A DNA stretch of 64,000 bases. It comes from Opitutales bacterium (GTDB taxonomy: Bacteria; Verrucomicrobiota; Verrucomicrobiia; Opitutales; JABSRG01). The stretch is taken from positions 1-64,000 of the forward strand of contig JBMYOQ010000008.1 of the NCBI GenBank assembly GCA_049599475.1, read 5' to 3'. Numbering within the stretch: the stretch's first letter is position 1; each line of letters starts with the position of its first letter. Made by a program: the position numbers and the translations under genes. This document shows, one piece after another, positions 30,749-40,284 of this stretch. Under the pieces are notes generated by a model that was given only the letters and a program-made list of their open reading frames with translations, made no database searches and was not told the DNA's origin.

Positions 30749-31192
30749 ATGACCAAAACAGTTTATGTCATAGAAGACGAAGGAACCACTCGGGAGCTTT
30801 GTATAAGCTTCATCGAATCGGCATTGCCGGAATTGGAGGTGGTGGGCTCCTGCGAGGATGGTCATAAAGCCTATGAGGCCTGCATTGAGCTACGCCCTGA
30901 CCTCATAATTGTCGATGTCCGACTCCCTGATATGAGCGGACTCGAGCTACTTTCGAAATTTAAGAAAAACCTACCGGAAACCTATATTGTAGTTTTCTCG
31001 GGCGTGGAATGCTCGGAGGTCGTCAAATCGGCATGGATGGGCAAGGCCGATGGTTTTGTCGAAAAGAGCCTCGGGATGAACCACATGAAAGAGGCCATTG
31101 AGAGTATATTTTCCGGTAAACCATATTTCACTCAATCTGCGGCCTCCAAAATAATTGACCTTTCAGTGTCTCGACCTCCGCAGCAGAAGTAG
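30749..31192 (+). CDS. Stand-alone response regulator receiver (NarL-type REC, no HTH)
   Basis: IEDE, VDVRLPDMSG, VFS, GFVEK; ends shortly after the G.PYF linker. Confidence 0.82.
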   Translation: MTKTVYVIEDEGTTRELCISFIESALPELEVVGSCEDGHKAYEACIELRPDLIIVDVRLPDMSGLELLSKFKKNLPETYIVVFSGVECSEVVKSAWMGKADGFVEKSLGMNHMKEAIESIFSGKPYFTQSAASKIIDLSVSRPPQQK

Positions 31193-31212
31193 AGAGAACC
31201 TCATTGAATCCC

Positions 31213-32814
31213 ATGGAACTCGACCCAGAACAACATCCCGATTTTAAGGCGCAAAGGACGCTGGAGGCCATCCAGCAATCCTTGGGCAGCCGCGAGTCGC
31301 GTGGCCTGAGTAACATGGTGAAACTGGTGCAGGACCTCTCATCGCGCGCTCTGTCTCTATCAGTCGAAGAGCTATCGAATATTATTGGTTCGGATTCGCA
31401 GGTAGGGGCGAAAGTCATCAGCGCGTCCAACACCCTTTCCTACAATCCATACGGGGTGCCTATTAAAAGTGTGACCCAGGCGATCCACTTGCTTGGGTTC
31501 GATCAGATTAGTAATCTGACTTTGTCACTGCTGCTTTTGGAAAATGCCAATGAAGAGCGAAATCCACAGGAGCAGCGGGAGATTGCTTCTCAGACACTGT
31601 TCAGTGCCTACATCGCTCGAGAGCTGGCGCGTGATATGGGGATTGATCGATTTCAGGCTTTGGCCTGTGCGGCGCTTAGAAATTTTGGCCGATTGTTGAT
31701 GTCGTCCTTTATGCTGGTGGATTACCGAGCAGTCGGGCGCTTGAAGGAAACGATGTCAGACGAAGATGCGTATCGAAAGGTCTTTGGATTGACGCCACTG
31801 GAACTGGGTAAGCACTTGTTGAATAGCTCCCAGCTACCGAAACCGGTGCAAAAATGCCTGGAGGAAGTCCCTGAAAATGTGACCCGTGACCTGCGGGCCG
31901 ACCCGGGTAGCCAGTTGCTCCTTTTGTCTGAAGCCGCGATGCAAATTGTTGAACGTTCGCAAGATCCTGAGCTCTCGGTGGATCAACATGCTCATGAAGT
32001 CTTGGAGAAACTCCATGAATTTCCGGGCCTACATGACTACAAAGAATCTAATGTCCACGGACTATTCTCGAGGATACAGGCGAGGCTCAATGAATTCTCG
32101 GACGAATACGGTTTTGATATCACGGGGACTCAGGCTTTCAAAGACTGGAGACTTCGAGCGAAATTGCGGGATTTGGATGCTGAGGAATCTGGTCTGACGC
32201 AGCCTCCTTTTGTCCCAGAAGAAGAAAGCTCTATTGAGGATATCGGGCTGGATGAACCGGATGGGCGTGAGCTTATTGAGGCTGAAGAGGAAAATTCCAG
32301 GGCACCTTTTGAAGGGATCACGAGTCCGATTTCTGAATTTCTCCAGGGACCCAACCCGAATTTGAAACGAGCTTTCGAGGCGCTTGCCAATTATTTCTTC
32401 AGCATCAAACAAGTTGAAGAGGTGCTCATTTTTACAGCAGATCGCGAAGACCCCGACCAATGGTATGCACCGTGGGGGAAGGGAGTCCTATTTCGTGGCG
32501 TGGGTAATCGTCCTATTGTGAAAACCTCGCAGCGCGACTTGATGGGCTTGGTGCTGCAAAGTGGGCGAGATCTCTTTGTACTCGATGCGGATGTTTCTAA
32601 AGTGCAGCCCCTGATTCCTCGTTGGATGCAGATCCCATATCGTGTGAAATCATTGGGTATCTGGCCCATCCGCAAAGGCGACGAAATCTATGCGGTTTTG
32701 CTAATGGCTCACATTGGCGAAGGCTACATGAACTTTGGGGAGCATGATATTCGGATTGTTCATCGCTTGCGGGAAGAATTAGAAAGAGCGCTTTCCGAGA
32801 AGGTTCTGCACTAA
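31213..32814 (+). CDS. HDOD domain protein with C-terminal GAF-like domain
   Basis: LSNIIGSD..VGAKVISASN..Y...I.SVTQAIHLLGF; C-terminal SLGIWPIRKGDEIYAVL GAF-like strand pattern. Confidence 0.72.
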   Translation: MELDPEQHPDFKAQRTLEAIQQSLGSRESRGLSNMVKLVQDLSSRALSLSVEELSNIIGSDSQVGAKVISASNTLSYNPYGVPIKSVTQAIHLLGFDQISNLTLSLLLLENANEERNPQEQREIASQTLFSAYIARELARDMGIDRFQALACAALRNFGRLLMSSFMLVDYRAVGRLKETMSDEDAYRKVFGLTPLELGKHLLNSSQLPKPVQKCLEEVPENVTRDLRADPGSQLLLLSEAAMQIVERSQDPELSVDQHAHEVLEKLHEFPGLHDYKESNVHGLFSRIQARLNEFSDEYGFDITGTQAFKDWRLRAKLRDLDAEESGLTQPPFVPEEESSIEDIGLDEPDGRELIEAEEENSRAPFEGITSPISEFLQGPNPNLKRAFEALANYFFSIKQVEEVLIFTADREDPDQWYAPWGKGVLFRGVGNRPIVKTSQRDLMGLVLQSGRDLFVLDADVSKVQPLIPRWMQIPYRVKSLGIWPIRKGDEIYAVLLMAHIGEGYMNFGEHDIRIVHRLREELERALSEKVLH

Positions 32815-32911
32815 TAATGGATCGATCGTATAAAACTTTACTCTATTTTTCCGTAAAACCTTGAAGGTCTTTACAAGATCTTTTCTATAACGACACCCCT
32901 TTGCTAGCGGC

Positions 32912-34087
32912 ATGGCTCTTCTTACCTCTTCAGCTTCCAATTCTTCTAATTCTCGTAATACATCTTCGGGCGGGAAGAAAAAGGTCTCGTTCGCTGAGTC
33001 TCAGCGCCTAGCGAAGCTTAAGGCTTATGAAAAGCAGGCCAAGAAGAAGAAGATTAAGCTGGAGGATCTCGCGATATTTACAGAACAGCTCGCTTCGATG
33101 CTTGAGGCTGGCTTGCCTTTGGTAAGTGCTTTGGAAGCACTTCAAGATCAAACGGATGATCCTGTGTTCGCGATTATTATTCGAGACGTTCGCTTGGACG
33201 TATCATCGGGTACTGCTTTCTCCGAAGCATGTGCTAAATTCCCAAAGGCCTTTCCAAACTTGTTTTTATCGATGTCAGAGGCTGGTGAAGCCAGTGGTGG
33301 TCTAGCCGAAATTTTGGCAAAAACTGCGATCTATTTCAACGATTCGGTAAAGTTAGCCAAACAGGTTAAAAGTGCGATGACTTACCCGACTGCGGTTATT
33401 ACACTAGCGATTGGCCTGGTAACCGTACTTTTGGTGAAGGTGATTCCTGTCTTTGCTGAAATGTTCCAAGGGTTTGGTGCAGAGCTCCCGAAGCCCACGC
33501 AGTTCGTCATCGATCTCAGTGATTTCTTAGGCTCCTATATTTTGTACATTTTAGGAGGCATGTTCCTCTTTTACGTTTTTATCTCGAAGTTCTTCGCTAC
33601 CCCAAAGGGGCGCGTGATCCGGGACAACTTAGTGATGCGGATACCGGTGCTTGGAGAGTTAAATCGTAAGATTAACCTGTCTCGCTTCTGTCGAACATAT
33701 TCCATTCTGCTCCGGTCTGGGGTGCCTATTTTACGGTCCCTGGAAATCGTTTCGCGTGCGTCGAATAATGTCTTTGTAGAAGATGCCTGTACGCAGATTT
33801 CGCGTAACATTAGCCAGGGTGGTCAAGTATCGGAAACGATCGCGGCAATCCCATATTTTCCTCCGATGCTCAAACACATGAGTAAGGCTGGAGAACAGAC
33901 GGGTAATATTGACGGTATGATGAACAAGGTGTCCGACTTTTACGATAATGAGATTGAGACCCTCGTAGGGGCTCTCACATCGTTGATGGAACCCCTGCTT
34001 ATCGTCTTCTTGGGTGTCGTGATCGGTGGTATCGTGATGGCGATGTTCATGCCTATCTTCGAACTCTCATCCGTTGTCGGTGGATAA
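32912..34087 (+). CDS. pilC: Type IV pilus / T2SS inner-membrane platform protein (PilC/GspF)
   Basis: FTEQLASMLEAGLPL, AGEASG, KSAMTYP, GEQTG, EP.LIV.LG..IG.IV.AMFMPIF. Confidence 0.9.
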   Translation: MALLTSSASNSSNSRNTSSGGKKKVSFAESQRLAKLKAYEKQAKKKKIKLEDLAIFTEQLASMLEAGLPLVSALEALQDQTDDPVFAIIIRDVRLDVSSGTAFSEACAKFPKAFPNLFLSMSEAGEASGGLAEILAKTAIYFNDSVKLAKQVKSAMTYPTAVITLAIGLVTVLLVKVIPVFAEMFQGFGAELPKPTQFVIDLSDFLGSYILYILGGMFLFYVFISKFFATPKGRVIRDNLVMRIPVLGELNRKINLSRFCRTYSILLRSGVPILRSLEIVSRASNNVFVEDACTQISRNISQGGQVSETIAAIPYFPPMLKHMSKAGEQTGNIDGMMNKVSDFYDNEIETLVGALTSLMEPLLIVFLGVVIGGIVMAMFMPIFELSSVVGG

Positions 34088-34148
34088 GGGCCTTCGGATC
34101 ATCGACTTGAAACGGAGCGGGTGCGCGCCGTTCTGGATTTTCTAGGAC

Positions 34149-34676
34149 TTAAGCATCCAAGATCTGTATACGCTTCATGTCGTCCAGTAGGCCTTGTAGG
34201 CGTTTGAGCATAGCTGGATTGAGTGTATCTGAATCTTCTTCCCAGTCACTCGGTGCGGCATACACAAAACGCGGAACGATGACCGAACGAAAATCAAGCA
34301 TCAGGTGATTCGCTAGCCCCATGATGGACATGTAGCTATTGTGGCCACCCGCGGCACATAGGAAGCTGACCACTTTACCAGAGAATTTTTTTCCGATTAG
34401 CTCGATCACATTTTTGGCGACAGCGTTTGCGCTGTAACAGTAAATAGGTGTGGCAATTACGACATGAGACGCACGTTCCACAGATTCCGCGAGTTTCGCT
34501 GCGTTGGCATCGTCCCAGCCCTCATCGCTTCCGGCAAACGGGAGGGGTAATTCGCGCAAATCAACCAACTCGTGGGAAATGCCTTCGTCGCTGAGGTGCT
34601 CTGTAAACAGTCCTGCCAGGCGTTGAGATTTGGATTCGGAATTTAGGCTAGTTGCAATGACGGTGACGTGTTTCAT
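34149..34676 (-). CDS. NADPH-dependent FMN reductase (flavodoxin-like)
   Basis: TSL...SKS, DLRELPLP, ATPIY.YS..A..KN.IE motifs. Confidence 0.85.
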   Translation of the reverse strand: MKHVTVIATSLNSESKSQRLAGLFTEHLSDEGISHELVDLRELPLPFAGSDEGWDDANAAKLAESVERASHVVIATPIYCYSANAVAKNVIELIGKKFSGKVVSFLCAAGGHNSYMSIMGLANHLMLDFRSVIVPRFVYAAPSDWEEDSDTLNPAMLKRLQGLLDDMKRIQILDA

Positions 34677-34806
34677 GAAATAATTCTCATACTTTGTTTA
34701 CAATTTAGTGTTTCTGCATAAACATTGAATCCCCCGACGAGCTATCGGCAAATGGAATATGCTGATTCTCGCGGTTCTTACTCGGCTGTCACAGAAGATC
34801 TCATAC

Positions 34807-35811
34807 ATGCCTTACTCACCTGACCCGGAACTAGCCTCCTTTATCCAGTCGATTCCTAAGACCGAAACGCATTTGCATGTCGAAGGCTCGATGCCTTGGC
34901 AATTGCTCCAAGAAATCGATCCCGAGCTATACACCGAGCCGCCTCCGGGATGGGCAGACGATTTTAAGTATAAGTCTTTTAGGGAATTTGAGGACTATAT
35001 CATTGAGCACACAGGTAAATGGTTCACGAGTGCCGAGCGTTACCACAAGGCGGCGAAGGGTATTTTCCAGCATTGTGCTGATTCGAACGTGAAATACGTG
35101 GAGACCTCATTCCATTCTGGAATTGTTGCATGGGCGGGAATCCCAGGACGTGAGATTGTGGATGCTATTTTGGAAGCAGTGCCTGAAGGAATCGAGGCTC
35201 ATGTCTACATGGGGATGCTTCGCCTCGATCAGACGCCTGAGGTTGTCCAAGTATTGGAAGATGCGCTCTCCTGGGAACGCCTCAAGGGAATCGATTTACA
35301 TGGTCCGGAAGAACCCCCAATTCAAGATTGGACGCCTAAGTATTTTGAGCGTGCAGCAGGTCTCGGTAAGAGATTGAAAGCGCATGCCGGAGAGTTTGGG
35401 CCTTCGGAATGGGTAACGGATGCCCTGGACAAACTGAAAGTAAAGCGTATCCAGCATGGGGTGCGGTCCATTGAAGATCCGGCAGTAGTCCAGCGCTTGG
35501 TAGAGGAGAATATCACTTTGGATGTATGTCCTATCAGTAACATCAAGCTCGATGTCTTTGATAAAATGAGCGATCATCCCATAAGAAAGCTTTCACAGGC
35601 TGGAGTGAGCTGTACATTGAATACGGATGATCCATTTATTTTTGGTAACTCTCTCAACGAGGAGTATGCAGCGGTCGCAATGGAGCTAGGTTGCACTCAT
35701 AAAGAGCTCATTCAGTTTGCTCGAAATGGCTGGGACTTGGCTGAATGCAGCCCTGCAATGAAGTCCGAGAATATGGCTGAGTTGGATCGCTTAGAAGCAG
35801 GTCTCTCCTAG
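34807..35811 (+). CDS. add: Adenosine/adenine deaminase family protein
   Basis: PKTETHLHVEGS, HAGE, RIQHG, CPISN, NTDDP. Confidence 0.85.
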   Translation: MPYSPDPELASFIQSIPKTETHLHVEGSMPWQLLQEIDPELYTEPPPGWADDFKYKSFREFEDYIIEHTGKWFTSAERYHKAAKGIFQHCADSNVKYVETSFHSGIVAWAGIPGREIVDAILEAVPEGIEAHVYMGMLRLDQTPEVVQVLEDALSWERLKGIDLHGPEEPPIQDWTPKYFERAAGLGKRLKAHAGEFGPSEWVTDALDKLKVKRIQHGVRSIEDPAVVQRLVEENITLDVCPISNIKLDVFDKMSDHPIRKLSQAGVSCTLNTDDPFIFGNSLNEEYAAVAMELGCTHKELIQFARNGWDLAECSPAMKSENMAELDRLEAGLS

Positions 35812-37652
35812 GCGGAAATCGTATCTCTGCGTTTGGGCTTAAGATATCTAGAAAGCTGTATCTTAAGCTCTTCTAACTGGAGAGGTTTTGTCAGAAAGGC
35901 ATCGACCCCGGCGAGCAAGGCATGCTGGCGATCCTCGGTAAATGCGTTTGCGGTAAGGAACACGACGGGTGTTTCAGCAATTTCCGGCGTTTCTCGAATC
36001 ATCCGGGTAGCCGTGAGGCCGTCCATGACTGGCATTTGCATATCCATAAGAACCAGGTCTGGTTTCAGCTCTATTGTCCGCTCTACGCCTTCTTCCCCAT
36101 TGTTGGCTAGGTGAATTTTTAGACCCAATTTCTCGAATACGACTGATATGAGCTTTTGATTTAGAATCCCGTCTTCGACAACTAAGACTACGCTGTCGGG
36201 GTCTAGTTCAAGGTCGAGTTCGGCGCTCATAGCTCGTTTGATTTCATCGATTTCGGGCTCAGAAATTTCAGTAGAAGGGAGAATAAGGGTGAATGTAGAG
36301 CCAAACCCAATTGCGCTTTGCACTGTGATGTCGCCCCCCATCAGCTTCGCTAGTTCTTTGGAAATTGCTAAACCTAAGCCAGTCCCACCAAATCTGCGGG
36401 TGGTATCGCTTTCGGCCTGTTCAAAGGCATTGAAAATGGACCATAGCTTATCATTCGGGATACCTATACCTTCGTCTTCAATAGCAATGTAGAATTGGTC
36501 ACCTCTTACACTTGCTCTAATGCGAATAGAGGTATCTGGTTCCGTAAACTTGAGCGCATTACCAACCAGGTTTGTGAGAATTTGATTGAGCCGCGTTGAG
36601 TCTGTTTTCTGATACCGCGGAAAATCGGGGTCGATGATTAGCTCGATTTGTTTTCCCTTTTGCTTAGCTGTGGCTGAGTAGACGTTGTGGAACTCTTCGA
36701 GTTGCTTAATGATATCGATAGGTCGTGTTTCGATGTCCAGTTTCTGTGACTCGATTTTCGACCAATCCAAGACGCTTTCGATCAGGCTCGAGAGTTGTTC
36801 ACCGGCCCCTTTGATATTTTGAAGATACTCTTCTATGATCACTGGGGAGTTCGTGTTTTTGGGGTCGGTCGCTAGCTTTGAAAAGCCCAGCATCGCATTC
36901 AAGGGGGTACGTATCTCGTGGCTCATGGATGCAAGAAAACGCGATTTGGCCTGGGCGTTCCGCTTTGCCAATTGTCCTTGAATTTCGGCGTCTCTCCGCG
37001 CGTTCATTGAAATGTATAGCACGATAGCGAGAACAATGATGGTGCCAGCTAAAACAATTGTGGTTGTGCCAACCGCGTGACGTGATTTTGCGAGTTGTTC
37101 TAGGGCTTGTTCACGTTTCTCACCCACATAACGGTGATACTGTTGATTCGTCTTGAGGGCGAAGGCTGCAGTGTCTTCAAGGATGCGGGTCACTTTTTCG
37201 ATGATCTCCTCAGTTGCCGATTCATCGCCGTCTTCTGCGGCAAGGATAATTGGCTGGAGTTCATTCAGCTGCTCAGAGATTTTCCATAGTTCGTCAGTCG
37301 AATCCAGCGCTACGGCGAGTTCTTGGTAGGAGTCTCCCTGTTTTAGGAGATCGACGCGGCTGAGAGCCACCTCGTAGCGCAGGCCTAGGTCTGAATAAAA
37401 AGGTGGGTCCTTAACTTCTGAAAGTGCAGTAATCTTTAACTTGGCAATTTCACTGTGAAGTTGGTGGACATTCCAAGATACGTTTTCTCGCGCTTCTCTG
37501 GAATCGTCGATGTGAACGCTAAGATTTTGTAGGATAGGGTGGATGTAACCTGTGTATGCGGCAGTCGTGGCTGCGATAACGGCCGTTAGGTAAATTAAAA
37601 AAACGAATTTTGCTCTAAAATCCTTCCGTTTCTTACTACCTGCGGGGGTCAT
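35808..37652 (-). CDS. Hybrid sensor histidine kinase/response regulator with periplasmic four-helix (DcpA-like) sensor domain
   Basis: 2 TM; KSRFLASMSHEIRTPLN; NLVGNALKFT, DEGIG, GGTGLGL; C-terminal REC (LMDMQMPVMDG, TKP). Confidence 0.9.
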   Translation of the reverse strand: MTPAGSKKRKDFRAKFVFLIYLTAVIAATTAAYTGYIHPILQNLSVHIDDSREARENVSWNVHQLHSEIAKLKITALSEVKDPPFYSDLGLRYEVALSRVDLLKQGDSYQELAVALDSTDELWKISEQLNELQPIILAAEDGDESATEEIIEKVTRILEDTAAFALKTNQQYHRYVGEKREQALEQLAKSRHAVGTTTIVLAGTIIVLAIVLYISMNARRDAEIQGQLAKRNAQAKSRFLASMSHEIRTPLNAMLGFSKLATDPKNTNSPVIIEEYLQNIKGAGEQLSSLIESVLDWSKIESQKLDIETRPIDIIKQLEEFHNVYSATAKQKGKQIELIIDPDFPRYQKTDSTRLNQILTNLVGNALKFTEPDTSIRIRASVRGDQFYIAIEDEGIGIPNDKLWSIFNAFEQAESDTTRRFGGTGLGLAISKELAKLMGGDITVQSAIGFGSTFTLILPSTEISEPEIDEIKRAMSAELDLELDPDSVVLVVEDGILNQKLISVVFEKLGLKIHLANNGEEGVERTIELKPDLVLMDMQMPVMDGLTATRMIRETPEIAETPVVFLTANAFTEDRQHALLAGVDAFLTKPLQLEELKIQLSRYLKPKRRDTISA

Positions 37653-37655
37653 CCT

Positions 37656-38177
37656 CTACTCGATGGTAAGTGTCTTTACCTGCCAGACTGACCGAGAATA
37701 GTAGAGCTCCTTGCGTAGAGTCGGGTCGGTACTAAGTGGGTATGTTATAAAGATGGGGCCCATCTCTCTGACAGGCATGGGTTTGTCGACAAGGTCTATG
37801 GCCAAGACTATCGGGAATTTGTAAGCGTCGGAGACTGGAATAGATGTGTGATAATCGTTGTAAGCGACGGCTTTGATATTGTCTCCCTTCGCTTTCAGAA
37901 AATGTAAAACGTCGCGGAGTAAAGGGCCTGATTGGACGCGCTCGCGGTCGAACCATGGTTTCTTAATCTCAACTGTGTGCTGAGGGAATGTCTTGAGCTG
38001 CTCATAGCTCATGTAGGCGGTCTTGCCGTCGGAAGTGATTTCGATGTCCCCCGAGACTTGTAGAATTGGGCGAGTGTCGGGTCTCGGGATGCGCCCGGTT
38101 TCGGGGTCTAGTGTCGGTTGAGCGCACAACGACCCCAGAAACATCATGAACATTAACGGGAAAATATAGGTCTTCAT
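37656..38177 (-). CDS. Periplasmic molybdopterin-oxidoreductase-fold protein (COG3915/PruR-like)
   Basis: Signal peptide; ILQVSG.I, PW, GPLLRDVL, AYNDY...IP..D, MPVREMGP....YP, SVWQV. Confidence 0.75.
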   Translation of the reverse strand: MKTYIFPLMFMMFLGSLCAQPTLDPETGRIPRPDTRPILQVSGDIEITSDGKTAYMSYEQLKTFPQHTVEIKKPWFDRERVQSGPLLRDVLHFLKAKGDNIKAVAYNDYHTSIPVSDAYKFPIVLAIDLVDKPMPVREMGPIFITYPLSTDPTLRKELYYSRSVWQVKTLTIE

Positions 38178-38503
38178 CGAAAGCTAAATACTCACAGGTA
38201 TGATGAGGGGTAGTCCGCCCATAGAATTCGTCCGTGGCTGCTTCAAATTTAAGTATTTTGCGCTTTCGAGACTGCTTTGATATCGCTCAGCGGAACATCG
38301 ATTCAATGGCTACGCTAGGCACGTGCTGGAAAAGTGTCCCCTTTGCGCGAGTATTTATCTCGCTGAAGCCTAAGATGCATAGAGTCCAAAGAGTTACTTA
38401 GAAAGATTCCTGCTCCCAATGAAGTGGCCTTTCCTTTATTTTCCTCGACCCCCTATGCTGTCAGAACGAGTCCTAAATGAAAGTCGATTCATTTCTCTGA
38501 CTC

Positions 38504-39292
38504 TCACGCTGTGCTGGGTTTAAGGCTCCAACAGACATGTCCTTCGGCATCCCAATTCAAAACCCATTTTGAGTCGAAAAGCCGTGCCATGGCTGTGACC
38601 TCTACCCAGCATTGAGCGGTCGGGTGCCAGTGCTTGTCCGAATCATTGAGGAGGGCATGGCGTAATTGTGGGGATTGTATCCCTAGGAGGCGTTCAGGAA
38701 CCTCTAGCTTACTGGAATATATGGACACGCCGTAAGGGTAGTGGCCTGCAGACACTTCGATATGGAAGGGCACGTCGAAAGGGCTTACACGATGGAGGTC
38801 CCTTAAAATGCAGAGAATGGAGTGACGCAGCATGCTGGCATCCCATTGCGGTGAAGGATTAACTGAATTTTCATTGAGGATCACAATATTCCGATAGCCC
38901 AGGAGCCGTTGATCTTTCACATACTCGACCAGTCCACCTACCAACTCCGATATCGGGCATGGCGCAATGATGGGCGACGAGAGGTGATTCAGGCATTCGC
39001 GAAACGAAGCGAGGCGATCGATCAAGTCCTTCGCTTTGCGGGCTTCATCCTGCAGACTGTTAATGATCTTCGGGCTAGGAGGGGTTTTGTTATTGGGCGC
39101 TCGATTTTGCTCCAGATCTAAGAACATGCGCATAGATGCCACAGGGCTGCTTAAATCGTGAGCTATATGCCCAAGAAGAGTGCCCCAGTCTTCTACCTGG
39201 TTAAGGATTGAAGACAATCTGTGGAAAGTCTCCTCATTGGGGTCGTTCTCGGATGGATCTCTCATAGATGTGTAACTGGACGGTGCGTCCAA
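38504..39292 (-). CDS. HisKA-like protein with degenerate ATPase domain
   Basis: IAHDLSSPVASM H-box; no recognisable N/G1/F/G2 boxes. Confidence 0.5.
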   Translation of the reverse strand: MDAPSSYTSMRDPSENDPNEETFHRLSSILNQVEDWGTLLGHIAHDLSSPVASMRMFLDLEQNRAPNNKTPPSPKIINSLQDEARKAKDLIDRLASFRECLNHLSSPIIAPCPISELVGGLVEYVKDQRLLGYRNIVILNENSVNPSPQWDASMLRHSILCILRDLHRVSPFDVPFHIEVSAGHYPYGVSIYSSKLEVPERLLGIQSPQLRHALLNDSDKHWHPTAQCWVEVTAMARLFDSKWVLNWDAEGHVCWSLKPSTA

Positions 39293-39389
39293 TTGCGTCT
39301 CGTGTTTGACTGCAAAGGACTCACAGTTAATTCGTCATTATCATCTCATAAATGAGCCAACACCTTCGATGATCTTCATTTTCAAGCCT

Positions 39390-40283
39390 ATGCGACGCAC
39401 AATTCTTCTTTTCGGCCTCTTTTTAACCGGTATTCTCACCGCAGACGACACCCCTCGCACGGCCATTATCGCGGCATTCCCGGGAGAAATGGAAAGTATC
39501 CGGCGGGTTTTGGAAGGTGAGACCGTCATGAAGACCGTTACGATAAACGGCGTAGACTTCGAGCTTGGGGAAGTGTACGGGCAGCCTGTGGTCTTTTTCA
39601 TGACCCGTGTGAGTATGACAAATGCAGCCATGCACACTCAGCTGCTCTTATCAAATTTCAATATCGAGCGCATCCTGTTCTCCGGAATTGCTGGAGGGAT
39701 CGATCCTGCGATGAAGAAAGGCGATGTGTCCGTTCCGAAGGATTGGATCCATTATATGAAGGGCTCATTTTATAACCCCCATCCCGAGGAGGAGGGCGCC
39801 TTCGTGGTCCCGTCCTGGCGTGAGAAACCCGAGTTTTCAAATTTTGGAATGATGCACCCCGCGCGTGTCCAAGCATTGCGTGACGGCGTGGAGGAGCCTG
39901 AAAGCAAAATAAAATTCCCGGCAGACCCTGAGCTGTTGAAGCTAGCCGAGAGCGCCTTGAAGGATCACGAAATTGTCAATGCGACGGGAAAAGAGGCACT
40001 GATTCGCTTTGGTGGAGTGGGTGTCTCGGGGCCAATTTTCATGGATAACCGTGAATATCGAGAATACCTCTTTGAGACTTGGGATACAGAAGTACTGGAC
40101 ATGGAATCAACGGCGATAGCCCACGTCGCTTGGTCCAATGGTGTACCGTGCCTGATTGTCCGCTCGATCAGTGATTTGGCCGGGGGCCAAGAAGGGCATA
40201 ATGAGATTTACGAATTCGCTGGTCTGGCTCAGGACAACGCTGCGAAGGTTCTGGATGCTGTCCTGAAAGCCCTCGCGAAGTAA
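39390..40283 (+). CDS. MTA/SAH nucleosidase family protein with signal peptide
   Basis: SMTNAA, FSGIAGG, LDMESTAIAHVA, VRSISDLAGG; N-terminal MRRTILLFGLFLTGILTA. Confidence 0.82.
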   Translation: MRRTILLFGLFLTGILTADDTPRTAIIAAFPGEMESIRRVLEGETVMKTVTINGVDFELGEVYGQPVVFFMTRVSMTNAAMHTQLLLSNFNIERILFSGIAGGIDPAMKKGDVSVPKDWIHYMKGSFYNPHPEEEGAFVVPSWREKPEFSNFGMMHPARVQALRDGVEEPESKIKFPADPELLKLAESALKDHEIVNATGKEALIRFGGVGVSGPIFMDNREYREYLFETWDTEVLDMESTAIAHVAWSNGVPCLIVRSISDLAGGQEGHNEIYEFAGLAQDNAAKVLDAVLKALAK

Positions 40284-40284
40284 G

